Shown: in pieces, positions 31,272 through 41,234 of the stretch
How the letters are laid out: every line of letters begins with the position of its first letter
Numbering within the stretch: the first letter of the stretch is position 1
Source of the DNA: Desulfobacterales bacterium
GTDB taxonomy: Bacteria; Desulfobacterota; Desulfobacteria; Desulfobacterales; UBA5852
DNA length: 64,000 nt
Reading direction: 5' to 3'
Assembly: GCA_963674755.2 (NCBI GenBank)
Contig: CAXXVS010000001.1
Location: forward strand, 544,001 to 608,000
Notes under the pieces: generated by a model
Told to the model about the DNA's origin: nothing
The model's database searches: none
What the model saw: only the letters and a program-made list of their open reading frames with translations
Program-made: the position numbers and the translations under genes

Positions 31272-32180
31272 TTGATCCTGGCCATCGGTGAAATCCTGTT
31301 CGACATGTTCCCCGCCGGACGGCGCCTGGGCGGGGCCGCCTTCAATTTTGCCTATCATATTCACCAGCTCGACGGGCCGTTGCGCTTTTTGAGCCGTATC
31401 GGAGACGACCCGGAGGGGCAAACCATCGAAAGGTTTTTGACCGCGCAACACTTTCCGCGCGACGATCTGCAGCGGGATGCGGTCCATCCCACGGGACAGG
31501 TCCGCGTTACCCTGGACGCCGGGGGCAGCCCCCGTTTCGAGATTCTGTCCGGGGCGGCCTACGATTTTATCACCCCCACGCCGGCCATCGCGCGTTTTGT
31601 CGCCCAAGACTGCCGTCTGATTTATTTCGGCAGCCTCATCCAGCGCACGGCCCAGGGGGCCCGGACGGTGCGTGCGATCCTCCGGCAGCGCGCCCCCCGC
31701 GTCAAATGTTTGTTTGACGTGAATTTGCGTCCCGACTGCTATACCGACGAAATCTTGGCGGTCTCTTTGGGTGAAACCGACCTTCTTAAACTCAGCCAGG
31801 AGGAGCTCGACGTTCTATCGGCCATGCAGAGCCTGAGAGGCCCCACCGCTGACCGGGTGGCCGGCCTGATGGCGCGCTTCAACATCGAGATGGTGGCCCT
31901 GACACGGGGCGCCCAGGGCAGTTGCCTTTTTACAGGGGATGCCCGTCACGATATCCACCCCCGGGACAACATCGCGATCAAGGATGCGGTGGGGGCCGGC
32001 GATGCCTTTGCCGCCATGCTGGCCATTGGTTATTTGCGCGGCTGGCCGGCCGCGCGTATCCTGTCGCTGGCCGACCGTTTTGCGACGGCAGTGTGCGGCA
32101 TCGAAGGCGCGGTACCCACCGAAGCCCGCTTCTATGAACCATTCCGCCAAGCGCTCGCCCTGGGGAGCGGCCATGAGTAG
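31272..32180 (+). CDS. PfkB family carbohydrate kinase (probable fructokinase)
   Basis: GEILFD, LGGA.FN, DVNLR, DAVGAGDAF; TTG start; sucrose-operon context. Confidence 0.88.
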   Translation: MILAIGEILFDMFPAGRRLGGAAFNFAYHIHQLDGPLRFLSRIGDDPEGQTIERFLTAQHFPRDDLQRDAVHPTGQVRVTLDAGGSPRFEILSGAAYDFITPTPAIARFVAQDCRLIYFGSLIQRTAQGARTVRAILRQRAPRVKCLFDVNLRPDCYTDEILAVSLGETDLLKLSQEELDVLSAMQSLRGPTADRVAGLMARFNIEMVALTRGAQGSCLFTGDARHDIHPRDNIAIKDAVGAGDAFAAMLAIGYLRGWPAARILSLADRFATAVCGIEGAVPTEARFYEPFRQALALGSGHE

Positions 32181-34362
32181 CGCCTATTACATCCAAATGT
32201 TCAGCTTGCATGGTCTGATTCGGGCCGACAACCTGGAACTCGGCCGGGACGCCGACACCGGCGGCCAGGTGACCTATGTCCTGGAACTGGCCCGGCAGCT
32301 CAGCACTCTCGAGGCCGTGGCCCGGGTGGACTTGTTCACCCGCCTGATTTCCGACAAAACCGTGTCGGACGACTACGCCCGGGCGGTCGAGACGGTGAAC
32401 GACAAATTCCGGATCGTCCGGATTCAGTGCGGCGGACGCAAATATCTGCGCAAGGAATTGCTGTGGCCGCACCTGGATGAGTTCGTCGACAAGACCGTCA
32501 AGTTTATCAAGCGCGAACAGGCCATACCCGATATCGTCCACGGGCACTATCCGGATGCGGGCTATGTGGCCATGGAACTGGCCCGCTTTTTCGGCGTACC
32601 GTTTATCTTCACGGGGCACTCCCTGGGCCGGGTCAAAAAGCAGAAGCTGCTCAACGACGGGATTCCCGCCGCCGATCTCAACCGGCGCTACAAAATCGAC
32701 CATCGTATCCGTGTGGAGGAGGAGCTTCTGAGCCAGGCCGACCTGGTGGTCACCAGCACGCGTCAGGAAATCGACGAACAATACGGTTCCTACCGCAATA
32801 AGGACCGACCGAAGTTCATGGTAATCCCGCCGGGCCTGGATGTGGAGCGCTTTCATCCCTATTACCGGGACATGCTGCCGCAAAACGAAAAGGACGAAGC
32901 GGCCATGTATGCGCGGGCCTCGTTGCTCCAAGAGCTGAACCGCTTTTTTATCCACCCCGACAAACCGCTTGTCCTGGCCCTGTGCCGGCCGGACAAGCGC
33001 AAAAATATTTCCGGACTGGTGCGCGCTTTCGGTGAGGATCTGGATTTGCAGGCCATGGCCAATCTGGCGGTCTTTGCCGGCATCCGCAAGGATATCGAGA
33101 GCATGGAGGACAACGAGCGGGAAGTGCTCACCGAAATGCTTCTGCGGCTGGACCGTTACGATCTCTACGGCAAGATGGCCATCCCCAAGAAGCACGATTT
33201 CGAGTCGGAGGTCCCGGAACTCTACCGGATTGCCGCCGAAAAAGGTGGGGTCTTTGTCAATCCGGCTCTGACCGAACCTTTCGGCCTGACCCTCCTGGAA
33301 GCCTCCGCCACCGGGCTGCCCTTCGTGGCCACCAAGGACGGCGGACCCAAGGACATCGTGGCCAATTGCCAGAACGGCATCCTGGTGGATCCTTCCCAAC
33401 CGGCCGAGATCGCCGCAGCCCTGAAGACGATCATCGTCGACCGGGAACAATGGGACACCTTTTCCAAAAACGGCATTATGAATGTGCGCCAGCATTACAC
33501 CTGGGAGAGTCATGCCCGCAACTACATGGCCAAGATCGAAAAGCTGGCCGCCGCGGTGGAGACCACCGACATGAAGACCGCCCGCCCCAAGGATGCCATC
33601 GGCAGGCGCCTAATGCGGTTGAAGGCCCTATTCGTTACCGATATCGATCATACCCTGATCGGGGAGGACAACACCCATCTGCCCGGCCTGCTGAAGACCC
33701 TCAAGGACCATCGATCCACAGTGGGGTTCGTGGTGGCCACCGGGCGCACCGTCACATCGGCCAAGAAACACCTCAGGGAATACGGCATCGAGGGCGTCGA
33801 TATCCTGATTACATCGGTGGGCGCGGAAATCTACTATGGACCGCAGTTGCAGCCCAGCCGCAGCTGGGAATCCCATATCGCCGGGAAGTGGGAGCCGGAC
33901 AAGATCCGCCGGACCCTGCGGGATCTGCCTTACCTGGAAGACCAGGAAGAGGACACCCAGCGTCCCTTCAAGATCAGCTACTATATGGATCCCGGAAAAG
34001 ACCGGCTGGCCGAGATCCACAACCGGCTGCTGGCCCAAAAATGCCAATACAACCTGGTCTATTCCCACGACCAGTTTTTGGATATTCTTCCCTACCGGGC
34101 CTCCAAAGGCAAAGCGATCCGGTTCCTGTCCTACAAATGGGAAATTCCCCTGCGCCATATCGCTGTGGCCGGCGATTCCGGCAACGATGAAGAAATGCTG
34201 CGGGGGGAGCCCTTGGCCATCGTGGTGGCCAATTACAGCCGGGAGCTGGACGCGCTGCGCAAAAGCAGGCATGTCTATTTTGCCACCCAGCCCTTTGCCG
34301 GCGGTATCCTGGAGGGGCTTGCCAAATACCGCTTTTTCGAAAAGGCGACGCGTGACCCATGA
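32173..34362 (+). CDS. sps: Sucrose-phosphate synthase with C-terminal HAD phosphatase domain
   Basis: GRDADTGGQVTYV, HGHYPDAG, RPDKRKN, EPFGLTLLEA (GT4); C-terminal DIDHT, ASKGKA, GDSGND. Confidence 0.93.
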   Translation: MSSAYYIQMFSLHGLIRADNLELGRDADTGGQVTYVLELARQLSTLEAVARVDLFTRLISDKTVSDDYARAVETVNDKFRIVRIQCGGRKYLRKELLWPHLDEFVDKTVKFIKREQAIPDIVHGHYPDAGYVAMELARFFGVPFIFTGHSLGRVKKQKLLNDGIPAADLNRRYKIDHRIRVEEELLSQADLVVTSTRQEIDEQYGSYRNKDRPKFMVIPPGLDVERFHPYYRDMLPQNEKDEAAMYARASLLQELNRFFIHPDKPLVLALCRPDKRKNISGLVRAFGEDLDLQAMANLAVFAGIRKDIESMEDNEREVLTEMLLRLDRYDLYGKMAIPKKHDFESEVPELYRIAAEKGGVFVNPALTEPFGLTLLEASATGLPFVATKDGGPKDIVANCQNGILVDPSQPAEIAAALKTIIVDREQWDTFSKNGIMNVRQHYTWESHARNYMAKIEKLAAAVETTDMKTARPKDAIGRRLMRLKALFVTDIDHTLIGEDNTHLPGLLKTLKDHRSTVGFVVATGRTVTSAKKHLREYGIEGVDILITSVGAEIYYGPQLQPSRSWESHIAGKWEPDKIRRTLRDLPYLEDQEEDTQRPFKISYYMDPGKDRLAEIHNRLLAQKCQYNLVYSHDQFLDILPYRASKGKAIRFLSYKWEIPLRHIAVAGDSGNDEEMLRGEPLAIVVANYSRELDALRKSRHVYFATQPFAGGILEGLAKYRFFEKATRDP

Positions 34363-35807
34363 CTCTCAAGAACAAGGTCCAACTCATTACCTACCCGGAT
34401 TCGTTGGGCAAAAATCTGCTCGAGCTGCACTACGTGCTGCGCCGCTATCTGCGTAACGCCATCGGCGGGGTGCACATTCTGCCTTTCTACCCGTCCTCGG
34501 CCGATCGGGGTTTTGCGCCGCTGACCTATGACGAGGTGGATCCCGCCTTCGGTACATGGGAGGATGTGGAATACATCGGCCGGGACTTCGACCTGATCGT
34601 CGATTTCATGGTGAACCATATTTCCCGCCAGTCCGTCTTCTTTCAGGACTATATGGAGCGCGGCGAAGAGAGTCCTTACGCCGATATGTTCCTGAGCTTC
34701 CGCAAATTGAGCCCGGAAGGGGAGGTGTCCGCGGAGGACCTGGCCAAGGTGTACACCCGCAAGCCCCGGCCGCCCTATACCGTCATCCACCGTCCGGACG
34801 GCTCCCGCGAAAAAATCTGGTGTACCTTCGACTATGAACAGATCGATCTGGATTACCGCTCGCCGGTGACCCGCGAGGTGGTGCGCCAGTTCCTGATCCG
34901 TCTGGCCCGCAGCCGCCCGAAGATGATCCGGCTGGATGCCTTTGCCTACACGACCTTTAAACTGGGAACGAACTGTTTTTTCCAGGAACCGGAGGTGTGG
35001 GAGCTCCTGGAATGGTTCAGCGGGTTTACGGCGCCTTTCGATGTCGAAATCCTGCCCGAAGTCCACGAACACCACCGCTACCAGTTCAAGCTGGCCGAAA
35101 AGGATTACTGGACCTACGATTTCGCCTTGCCCATGATCATGCTGCACACCCTCTACCACCATACCAACCGGCGCCTGCTGGAGTGGCTGCGGATCTGTCC
35201 CCGCAAACAGATTACCACCCTCGACACCCATGACGGTCTGGGCGTGGTGGATGTGGTCGAGTTGATGACCCAGGAGGAGATCGACCGCACCATCGAAGGG
35301 CTTTATGACAAGGGCTCCAACGTCAAGCGCATCTATTCGGGGGAGGACTATCAGAACCTGGACGTCTATCAGGTCAACTGCACCTATTACTCGGCCCTGG
35401 AAAACAACGACGATTCCTATCTGGCGGCCCGGGCGCTGCAATTCTTCTGCCCGGGAATTCCCCAAGTCTATTACGTCGGCCTGCTGGCGGGCAGCAACGA
35501 TATCGACCTGGTGGAGCGGACCAAGAACGGGCGGGACATCAACCGGCACGGCTACGGTCTGGATGAAATCGACCGGGAAGTCCAGCGCCCGGTGGTCCAG
35601 CGCCTGCTGCGCTTGATGACCTTCCGCTCCTACTACCCGGCCTTCGACGGGACGTTTAAAATCGAAGCCACACCGGAAGATCAGGTGGGCCTGACCTGGC
35701 GCAGGGACAACTTCACGACCACCCTGCATGTGGACCTGCAGACCTATAAGGCCCGCATCACCTATTACGATCCCACGGTGGACACGCGCAAGCGGCTCGC
35801 GGTGTGA
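34359..35807 (+). CDS. gtfA: Sucrose phosphorylase (GH13_18)
   Basis: KVQLITYPDSLG, RLDAFAY, LPEVHEH, LDTHDG, loop motif NLDVYQVN typical of sucrose-specific members. Confidence 0.88.
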   Translation: MTLKNKVQLITYPDSLGKNLLELHYVLRRYLRNAIGGVHILPFYPSSADRGFAPLTYDEVDPAFGTWEDVEYIGRDFDLIVDFMVNHISRQSVFFQDYMERGEESPYADMFLSFRKLSPEGEVSAEDLAKVYTRKPRPPYTVIHRPDGSREKIWCTFDYEQIDLDYRSPVTREVVRQFLIRLARSRPKMIRLDAFAYTTFKLGTNCFFQEPEVWELLEWFSGFTAPFDVEILPEVHEHHRYQFKLAEKDYWTYDFALPMIMLHTLYHHTNRRLLEWLRICPRKQITTLDTHDGLGVVDVVELMTQEEIDRTIEGLYDKGSNVKRIYSGEDYQNLDVYQVNCTYYSALENNDDSYLAARALQFFCPGIPQVYYVGLLAGSNDIDLVERTKNGRDINRHGYGLDEIDREVQRPVVQRLLRLMTFRSYYPAFDGTFKIEATPEDQVGLTWRRDNFTTTLHVDLQTYKARITYYDPTVDTRKRLAV

Positions 35808-35934
35808 CCTGGGCTTCCGTCTACCATGGCAATCGCATGCGGCGCGTCAGAGAGCGAAGCGTTGGAAGCCTTCGGTGCGTTCGACGTTCCTTGATCTTCA
35901 GGGCGGTATGAATTTCCCCGCGAAGAGGGGACAT

Positions 35935-36384
35935 TCATGGGAAAATCAGATGATCCAGGATGAGCCCCCAGAAGGCGGCCCCGGAGGGCGCGGCAAAGCA
36001 CCAGCCCAAATGGGCCAGACAGCCCCGGCATACCCCCACCCGCCAGGCAAAACCATTAAACCAGGTGAATTCATCCGAGGCGGGGCCTACCTGGGCACAC
36101 CCTTCGGCCGTGCGGAAACAGCCGATGGTAAACACGATGCCGGCCGGGTTGGCAAACGTGTGCTGAAAAGCCCCCGACATGGTGGTGCGGTCCTCTTCCC
36201 GTGCAATCGGGAACAGGCATTCCCGGCAGAGAATCAGGGGCTCGTCACGTTCTTCTTCGCGGACCGCGTCGGCCGGTGCCGTGCCGTCGTTTCTTTCGGG
36301 TGCCGCCGGTGTTTTCAGCCACATGGCGGCCGGCCGCGGCAGGGGTACGGTTGGGCGACGGGGCCGGGGGGCTTGGATGCGCAT
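35935..36384 (-). CDS. Cereblon-like (CULT/Yippee-type) protein
   Basis: CREC...HTFANPAG..F...FTWFNGFAW...CRGC..HLGW; start uncertain. Confidence 0.85.
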   Translation of the reverse strand: MRIQAPRPRRPTVPLPRPAAMWLKTPAAPERNDGTAPADAVREEERDEPLILCRECLFPIAREEDRTTMSGAFQHTFANPAGIVFTIGCFRTAEGCAQVGPASDEFTWFNGFAWRVGVCRGCLAHLGWCFAAPSGAAFWGLILDHLIFP

Positions 36385-36582
36385 AGGCGATGTTCCACAG
36401 AACGGTGAAACCAGTATGGATGCCACGACAGTCCTTCTGACCGAACTATAGGGCCTTTTCACGCCGGGGACAAGATGAGTGTGATGCCGGACGGCTTTAC
36501 AGCGGGGATAACAGGATATAGGTTATCCCTGCATCGGAAACCGAACGAACCGATGACATGACGCGGGAAAGGAGACCGTACC

Positions 36583-36690
36583 ATGGACGATACCCCACGC
36601 GACGGCACGGGTGAAACCGACTGCGCCATTACGGTGTATGACGGTGCTTATATCACGTGCGATATGATCGAGGAGGAGGATGACGGCTAG
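36583..36690 (+). CDS. Small acidic 35-aa protein (below the ORF-track cut-off)
   Basis: AAGGAG RBS 8 nt upstream; MDDTPRDGTGETDCAITVYDGAYITCDMIEEEDDG; terminator downstream. Confidence 0.5.
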   Translation: MDDTPRDGTGETDCAITVYDGAYITCDMIEEEDDG

Positions 36691-36731
36691 TGCCGTCCGA
36701 TCTGCACTTGCAATAATAGACTGAATCCATT

Positions 36732-36773
36732 AAGGGTTTGCGTGAGAATTCCCCCTTGCGCAAACCCTTTTTT
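36732..36773 (+). terminator. Intrinsic terminator
   Basis: AAGGGTTTGCG-loop-CGCAAACCCTT followed by a T run. Confidence 0.7.
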
Positions 36774-36925
36774 ATGCCGTTTCCCTAGTTTTCCGGTTAA
36801 TCCGTCGTTAACCTACCTTGGCCACGATGGAATGGATCGTCGCAAGGCAGGATTGGATCAGGTCAATGTTTCCCAACGGGTTGTGTGGATGGCGTGACAC
36901 ATGGCCCCCATCTGACCCCGGAGCT

Positions 36926-39355
36926 ATGGACATGAAAAAAGCGCTTATCCCCCTTGTTGTGATCGGTTTGTTCCTATGGGCTGCCCCGGCCCTGGCCGTC
37001 AATCCGATGCTGCTTCAACAAAAGAAGGTTGCCAAGGCTAAACCGGCCAGCGAAAGCATCCAGCTGCCGGAGGATTTGCGCTCCGAAGATGTCGATGCCC
37101 TTATCGCCCGTCTCGATGACGATCAGGTAAGACGGCTGCTCATCGCCCAACTGCAGGCCGCCGCCCGGAAATCGGCGGGAACGCCTTCCCGGCCGGCGGT
37201 CGGACCGATGGAACAGATCGTCCAATGGTTTGAAAGCCGGACGGACCTTCTCGTTTCCCGGATCTATCGGTTGGGGGTCAGCCTGCCCACTGTGCCCGGG
37301 GATCTCGGCCGCGCCATGGACCAGTTGACGGATTACCAGGGGGCCGGACGGTTCGGGTTCATGGTGCTGGTGATTCTGGGATTTCTCGTCGCCGGCTACG
37401 GGGCGGAGCGGCTCTTTTATCGCCTGAGCGCGGCGTTCCGCGCGCAGATGGACAGCATGCCGGCGATGGACGGCATCCTCAAGTTCTGGGGGGCGGTCAT
37501 GGGCCTCATCCCGGAATTGCTCGGGCTTCTGATATTCGCCCTGACGCCCTTCATCCTGTTCTTCCTGCTGGTCGACAAGGAAGACAAGGGCTTGCGCCTG
37601 TTGTTTTTGGCGTTTCTCCTGACCATCGTGGTGATCCGCCTGTGCGCGGCCCTGCTGCGCCTGGTATTATACCCCCGGGTCAGGAAAGTGCGGCTTGTCA
37701 AACTGACGGATGGGGTGGCGCTTTACTTATACAGACGTCTGCTTCTGGTGGCCGGCATCCTGGTGGTCGGTATGATCCTGCAGCTTCTGCTCCAGCGTCT
37801 TGGCGCCACCCTTATGTCGCGCGTATGGGTGGTCCTGACCTACGGATCGGCGATCATTCTGATATTCGCAGGCATGATCTGGCGCCATCGCCACCCGGTA
37901 AGGGACCATCTTATGACAAGGGCGACGGACGGAAGTGAAAAAAGCATATGGTTGCGGGACCAGTTCGCCGGCATGTGGCATACGTTGGCCCTGGCCTATC
38001 TTTTCCTGGTGTGGGGCCTGGGCTTCGTCAACGTGGTGATGGCGGACGAGTTGCGGCTTCGCGGGACCTTCGTCATCAGTTTCCTCATCGTGCCCATTTA
38101 TCTGGCCCTTGATCGTCTGGCCATCTGGTGCCTGGACTCCACCGTGGCCCCCCAGATCGAAAACCTCGCACCGCCCCCCCAGGATGAAGGCTCCGGTCGT
38201 GATGACCCGGCGCATGATGATGCTTCCGTTAAGAAGGGCGGCAACTACCTGGCCATCGTACGGCGGGTGTTGCGTCTGGTGGTGTTCGCGGCCGTGGCCC
38301 TCTGGTTCCTGGATATCTGGGGTTTCCACGTTCCCCTCGGGGACGCGGCGGTGGAGGCCATTTTCAACATCCTGGTGACGCTGGTGCTGGCGCACATTCT
38401 CTGGGAGTTGATCAGTGCGGCCATCAGCCGCAAATTGGCCCAAGGCGGCTTTGTCGAGGCGGCTGAAAAGGCGGACGACGATGCTGAGTGGGGCGGGGGG
38501 GCCACCCTGGACCGTGCCCATACGCTGCTGCCCATGCTGCGCAAATTCATCGGGGTCGTCATCGTCGTGATGACGACCCTGATCGTGCTTTCCGCCCTCG
38601 GGGTGGACATCGGCCCCCTGCTGGCCGGCGCCGGGGTGGTGGGACTGGCCATCGGTTTCGGTGCCCAGAAACTGGTCCGCGACATCCTCTCGGGCATCTT
38701 CTTTCTCATGGACGACGCTTTCCGGGTGGGAGAATACCTGGATGCCGGGGGCGTTTCCGGCACCGTGGAACAGATCACCCTGCGCACCATCAAACTGCGC
38801 CATCACCGGGGCATGCTGCAGATCGTCCCCCTGGGGGATCTCAAGTCCATCACCAACTTCATGCGGGGCGGGATGGTGGTAAAATTCGATTTGAAGCTGC
38901 CCTACGACACGGACATCGAAAAGGTGCGCAGGATCATCAAGAAGGTCGGCAAGAAAATGCTGCTGGACGAGGAACTGGGCCCCGATTTCATCAAGCCCCT
39001 CAAATCCCAGGGGGTGCGCAGTGTGGGGGATTCGGTCATGACCTTCCGGGCCAAGTTCACGGCGCGGCCGGGCACCCATTTCGTCATCCGCCGCGAGGCC
39101 TACCGGGAAATCACCGCGGCGCTCGAAAAGGCCGGTATCCACTATGCCCACCGCAAGGTGATCGTGGATCTCGCGCCCGAACTGGCCGAGAAGATGGATG
39201 TTGCTCCCGCCAGCACGGACCGCACGGGCGGGCTCTCGTCCGGTAAGCTGACCCCGGAACAGCAAGTGCAGGTGATTACCACGGGGGCGGCGGCCGCAAT
39301 GGATACCATTGCAGAGGAAGAGGAGGGCGGTGGAAAAGGAAAAAAGAAGACGTAA
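36926..39355 (+). CDS. Large MscS-family mechanosensitive channel (YbiO-like)
   Basis: Signal peptide, many TMs, LLAGAGVVGLAIGFGAQ.LVRD..SG, FRVGEY, GTVEQITLR. Confidence 0.92.
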   Translation: MDMKKALIPLVVIGLFLWAAPALAVNPMLLQQKKVAKAKPASESIQLPEDLRSEDVDALIARLDDDQVRRLLIAQLQAAARKSAGTPSRPAVGPMEQIVQWFESRTDLLVSRIYRLGVSLPTVPGDLGRAMDQLTDYQGAGRFGFMVLVILGFLVAGYGAERLFYRLSAAFRAQMDSMPAMDGILKFWGAVMGLIPELLGLLIFALTPFILFFLLVDKEDKGLRLLFLAFLLTIVVIRLCAALLRLVLYPRVRKVRLVKLTDGVALYLYRRLLLVAGILVVGMILQLLLQRLGATLMSRVWVVLTYGSAIILIFAGMIWRHRHPVRDHLMTRATDGSEKSIWLRDQFAGMWHTLALAYLFLVWGLGFVNVVMADELRLRGTFVISFLIVPIYLALDRLAIWCLDSTVAPQIENLAPPPQDEGSGRDDPAHDDASVKKGGNYLAIVRRVLRLVVFAAVALWFLDIWGFHVPLGDAAVEAIFNILVTLVLAHILWELISAAISRKLAQGGFVEAAEKADDDAEWGGGATLDRAHTLLPMLRKFIGVVIVVMTTLIVLSALGVDIGPLLAGAGVVGLAIGFGAQKLVRDILSGIFFLMDDAFRVGEYLDAGGVSGTVEQITLRTIKLRHHRGMLQIVPLGDLKSITNFMRGGMVVKFDLKLPYDTDIEKVRRIIKKVGKKMLLDEELGPDFIKPLKSQGVRSVGDSVMTFRAKFTARPGTHFVIRREAYREITAALEKAGIHYAHRKVIVDLAPELAEKMDVAPASTDRTGGLSSGKLTPEQQVQVITTGAAAAMDTIAEEEEGGGKGKKKT

Positions 39356-39536
39356 ACCGGCTTGCCCGGCCGGCACCGTTCGGGTTGGAGGGCGGACGAG
39401 GGCTTAGAACGAAGGGGGCCTCCAGCGGATTTGCGGGTTGCGATTTGGTCAGACGGTATTAGTTTGACTGCTTGGAAATAGACCGGCGGAAGCATGCCGT
39501 GTCGATTCACCATGATACGCAATCAAGGAGGGTCCC

Positions 39537-40136
39537 ATGAGCATTCTGGTCGCGCAAGCGGCGCCGGATTTCGAGGCGCCGGCCGTCATGCCCAGCGGCG
39601 TGATCGAAGAACATTTCAAACTGTCCGACCTGCACGGGCAATACGTGGTGCTTTTTTTCTGGCCCCTGGATTTCACTTTTGTCTGCCCCACCGAGATTCT
39701 GGCCCACCACAAGCGCATGGCCCGGTTCAAGGAAAAAGGCGTGGCCGTGGTGGGGGTGTCCATCGATTCCCAGTTCACCCATTTCGCCTGGCGCAACACC
39801 CCTGTCGCCGAGGGCGGCATCGGCCCTGTCGACTTTCCCATGGTGGCCGACGTGAAACACGACATCACGCGGGCCTATGGTGTCGAACATCCGGACGGTG
39901 TCGCCCTGCGGGCATCCTTCCTCATCGACCGGGACGGCATCGTCCAGCACCAGGTGGTCAACAACCTGCCCCTGGGACGCGAGGTGGACGAAATGCTGCG
40001 CATGGTGGATGCCCTGCAATATACCGAGGAACACGGGGAAGTCTGCCCGGCCGGCTGGCACAAAGGCGAAACCGCCATGAAACCGGACGCGGCCGGTGTT
40101 GCCGATTATTTGCGCACCAACGCGGACCGTCTCTGA
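39537..40136 (+). CDS. ahpC: 2-Cys peroxiredoxin (AhpC/TSA)
   Basis: PLDFTFVCPTE and EVCPAGW motifs. Confidence 0.93.
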   Translation: MSILVAQAAPDFEAPAVMPSGVIEEHFKLSDLHGQYVVLFFWPLDFTFVCPTEILAHHKRMARFKEKGVAVVGVSIDSQFTHFAWRNTPVAEGGIGPVDFPMVADVKHDITRAYGVEHPDGVALRASFLIDRDGIVQHQVVNNLPLGREVDEMLRMVDALQYTEEHGEVCPAGWHKGETAMKPDAAGVADYLRTNADRL

Positions 40137-40151
40137 GGTGGTTTCAATATC

Positions 40152-40200
40152 GAAATCCGGCCCGTTTCACCGGCCCCGGCCCGAGGGCCGGATTTCTTTT
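40152..40200 (+). terminator. Intrinsic terminator after the peroxiredoxin
   Basis: GAAATCCGGCCC...GGGCCGGATTTC followed by TTTT. Confidence 0.7.
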
Positions 40201-40298
40201 CGACTATGGATCATCGCTGTTTCTTTCCTGTGATGCCCCGGCGACCGAGCGGTTGACGACGATCGACGGACGCTGTAGTATGCATTATCTTATGCCAT

Positions 40299-40439
40299 TG
40301 CGCATCCATAAATGGCATCTTTTGGCCTCTGGCGGCGTTCTCGCCTCCTGTCGGTCCTCGGCGTAGCCGGGCTACGCCTGTGGGCGCCAGTCGGCTGCGG
40401 CCTTGCCAGAAACCAAAATCTACCATCTCTGGATGGGCA
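40299..40439 (+). repeat. Palindromic intergenic element (copy A)
   Basis: ~35-bp imperfect terminal inverted repeat; core GGCGTAGC-CGG-GCTACGCC; CGTT and GCCTTG motifs. Confidence 0.65.
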
Positions 40440-40595
40440 CTATGCTAGGTTGAGGTGATTTTTCTACCCCTTCCATGGGCGCCAACCGGCCCTAAGATGC
40501 GTGCGCAGGCAGCTGAATTTCCCCGGGGTGCGAAGGCCTTGCGGCATTACCCTCCCCATCATGACGCCGGGGGCATATCCGACAGGGAGCGAGTC

Positions 40596-40832
40596 GTGAA
40601 TGACCATCGTGAAACCCAGCGGCCATTGGATGGCGACCTGATCGAAGACGAGCAGCGTGAAAACTGCCTGGTGGACCGTCGTTCGGGCTTTGACCGGCGG
40701 CGGGCTTACAGCCTGGCGTATTTCGCCAACGGCGGGATCGAACGGCGCCAGGGCTGGGATCGCCGGGGAGACCGCGACCGACGCCGATTCTGGGAAATGC
40801 GGGAAACGCCCTGCCCCGTTAGTTCCGGCTGA
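40596..40832 (+). CDS. Small Arg-rich protein with DRR/ERR repeats
   Basis: AGGGAG RBS, GTG start; DRRSGFDRRR and ERRQGWDRRGDRDRRR. Confidence 0.65.
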   Translation: MNDHRETQRPLDGDLIEDEQRENCLVDRRSGFDRRRAYSLAYFANGGIERRQGWDRRGDRDRRRFWEMRETPCPVSSG

Positions 40833-40901
40833 AGCGCCCCCGACACGCGCCTCCTTTTAACCGCCTTCCGCCAACGGTGTTTTCAAGAAAGGACCATAAC
40901 C

Positions 40902-41171
40902 ATGACCCGACGCGCCTGGCTTGTGGTGTTTACCCTGGTATTTATTCCGGGACTTCTGTTGAGTGGCTGCAGCAAAATCACCCAGGCCAACTACGACAAG
41001 ATCGAAATGGGGATGACCTATCAGGAGGTCGTCGATATCCTGGGGGCTCCCGATGAGATGCAGGCTGTCATGGGGGCTAAAAATTGCGTGTGGGGGAAGG
41101 AACCGAAAATCATCGATATCAAATTTATTGGCGACAAGGTGGTGTTTCATTCCGCTAAAGGCCTGTCCTGA
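40902..41171 (+). CDS. Small lipoprotein (DUF3862/BamE-like)
   Basis: Lipobox LSGC; SKITQANYDKIEMGMTYQEVVDILG.P. Confidence 0.85.
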   Translation: MTRRAWLVVFTLVFIPGLLLSGCSKITQANYDKIEMGMTYQEVVDILGAPDEMQAVMGAKNCVWGKEPKIIDIKFIGDKVVFHSAKGLS

Positions 41172-41234
41172 CCGGTCAGCCGGACCCGTGAACCGGCCGC
41201 CCATTTCTCGATTTGGGCTGACCGCGCGACCTGG

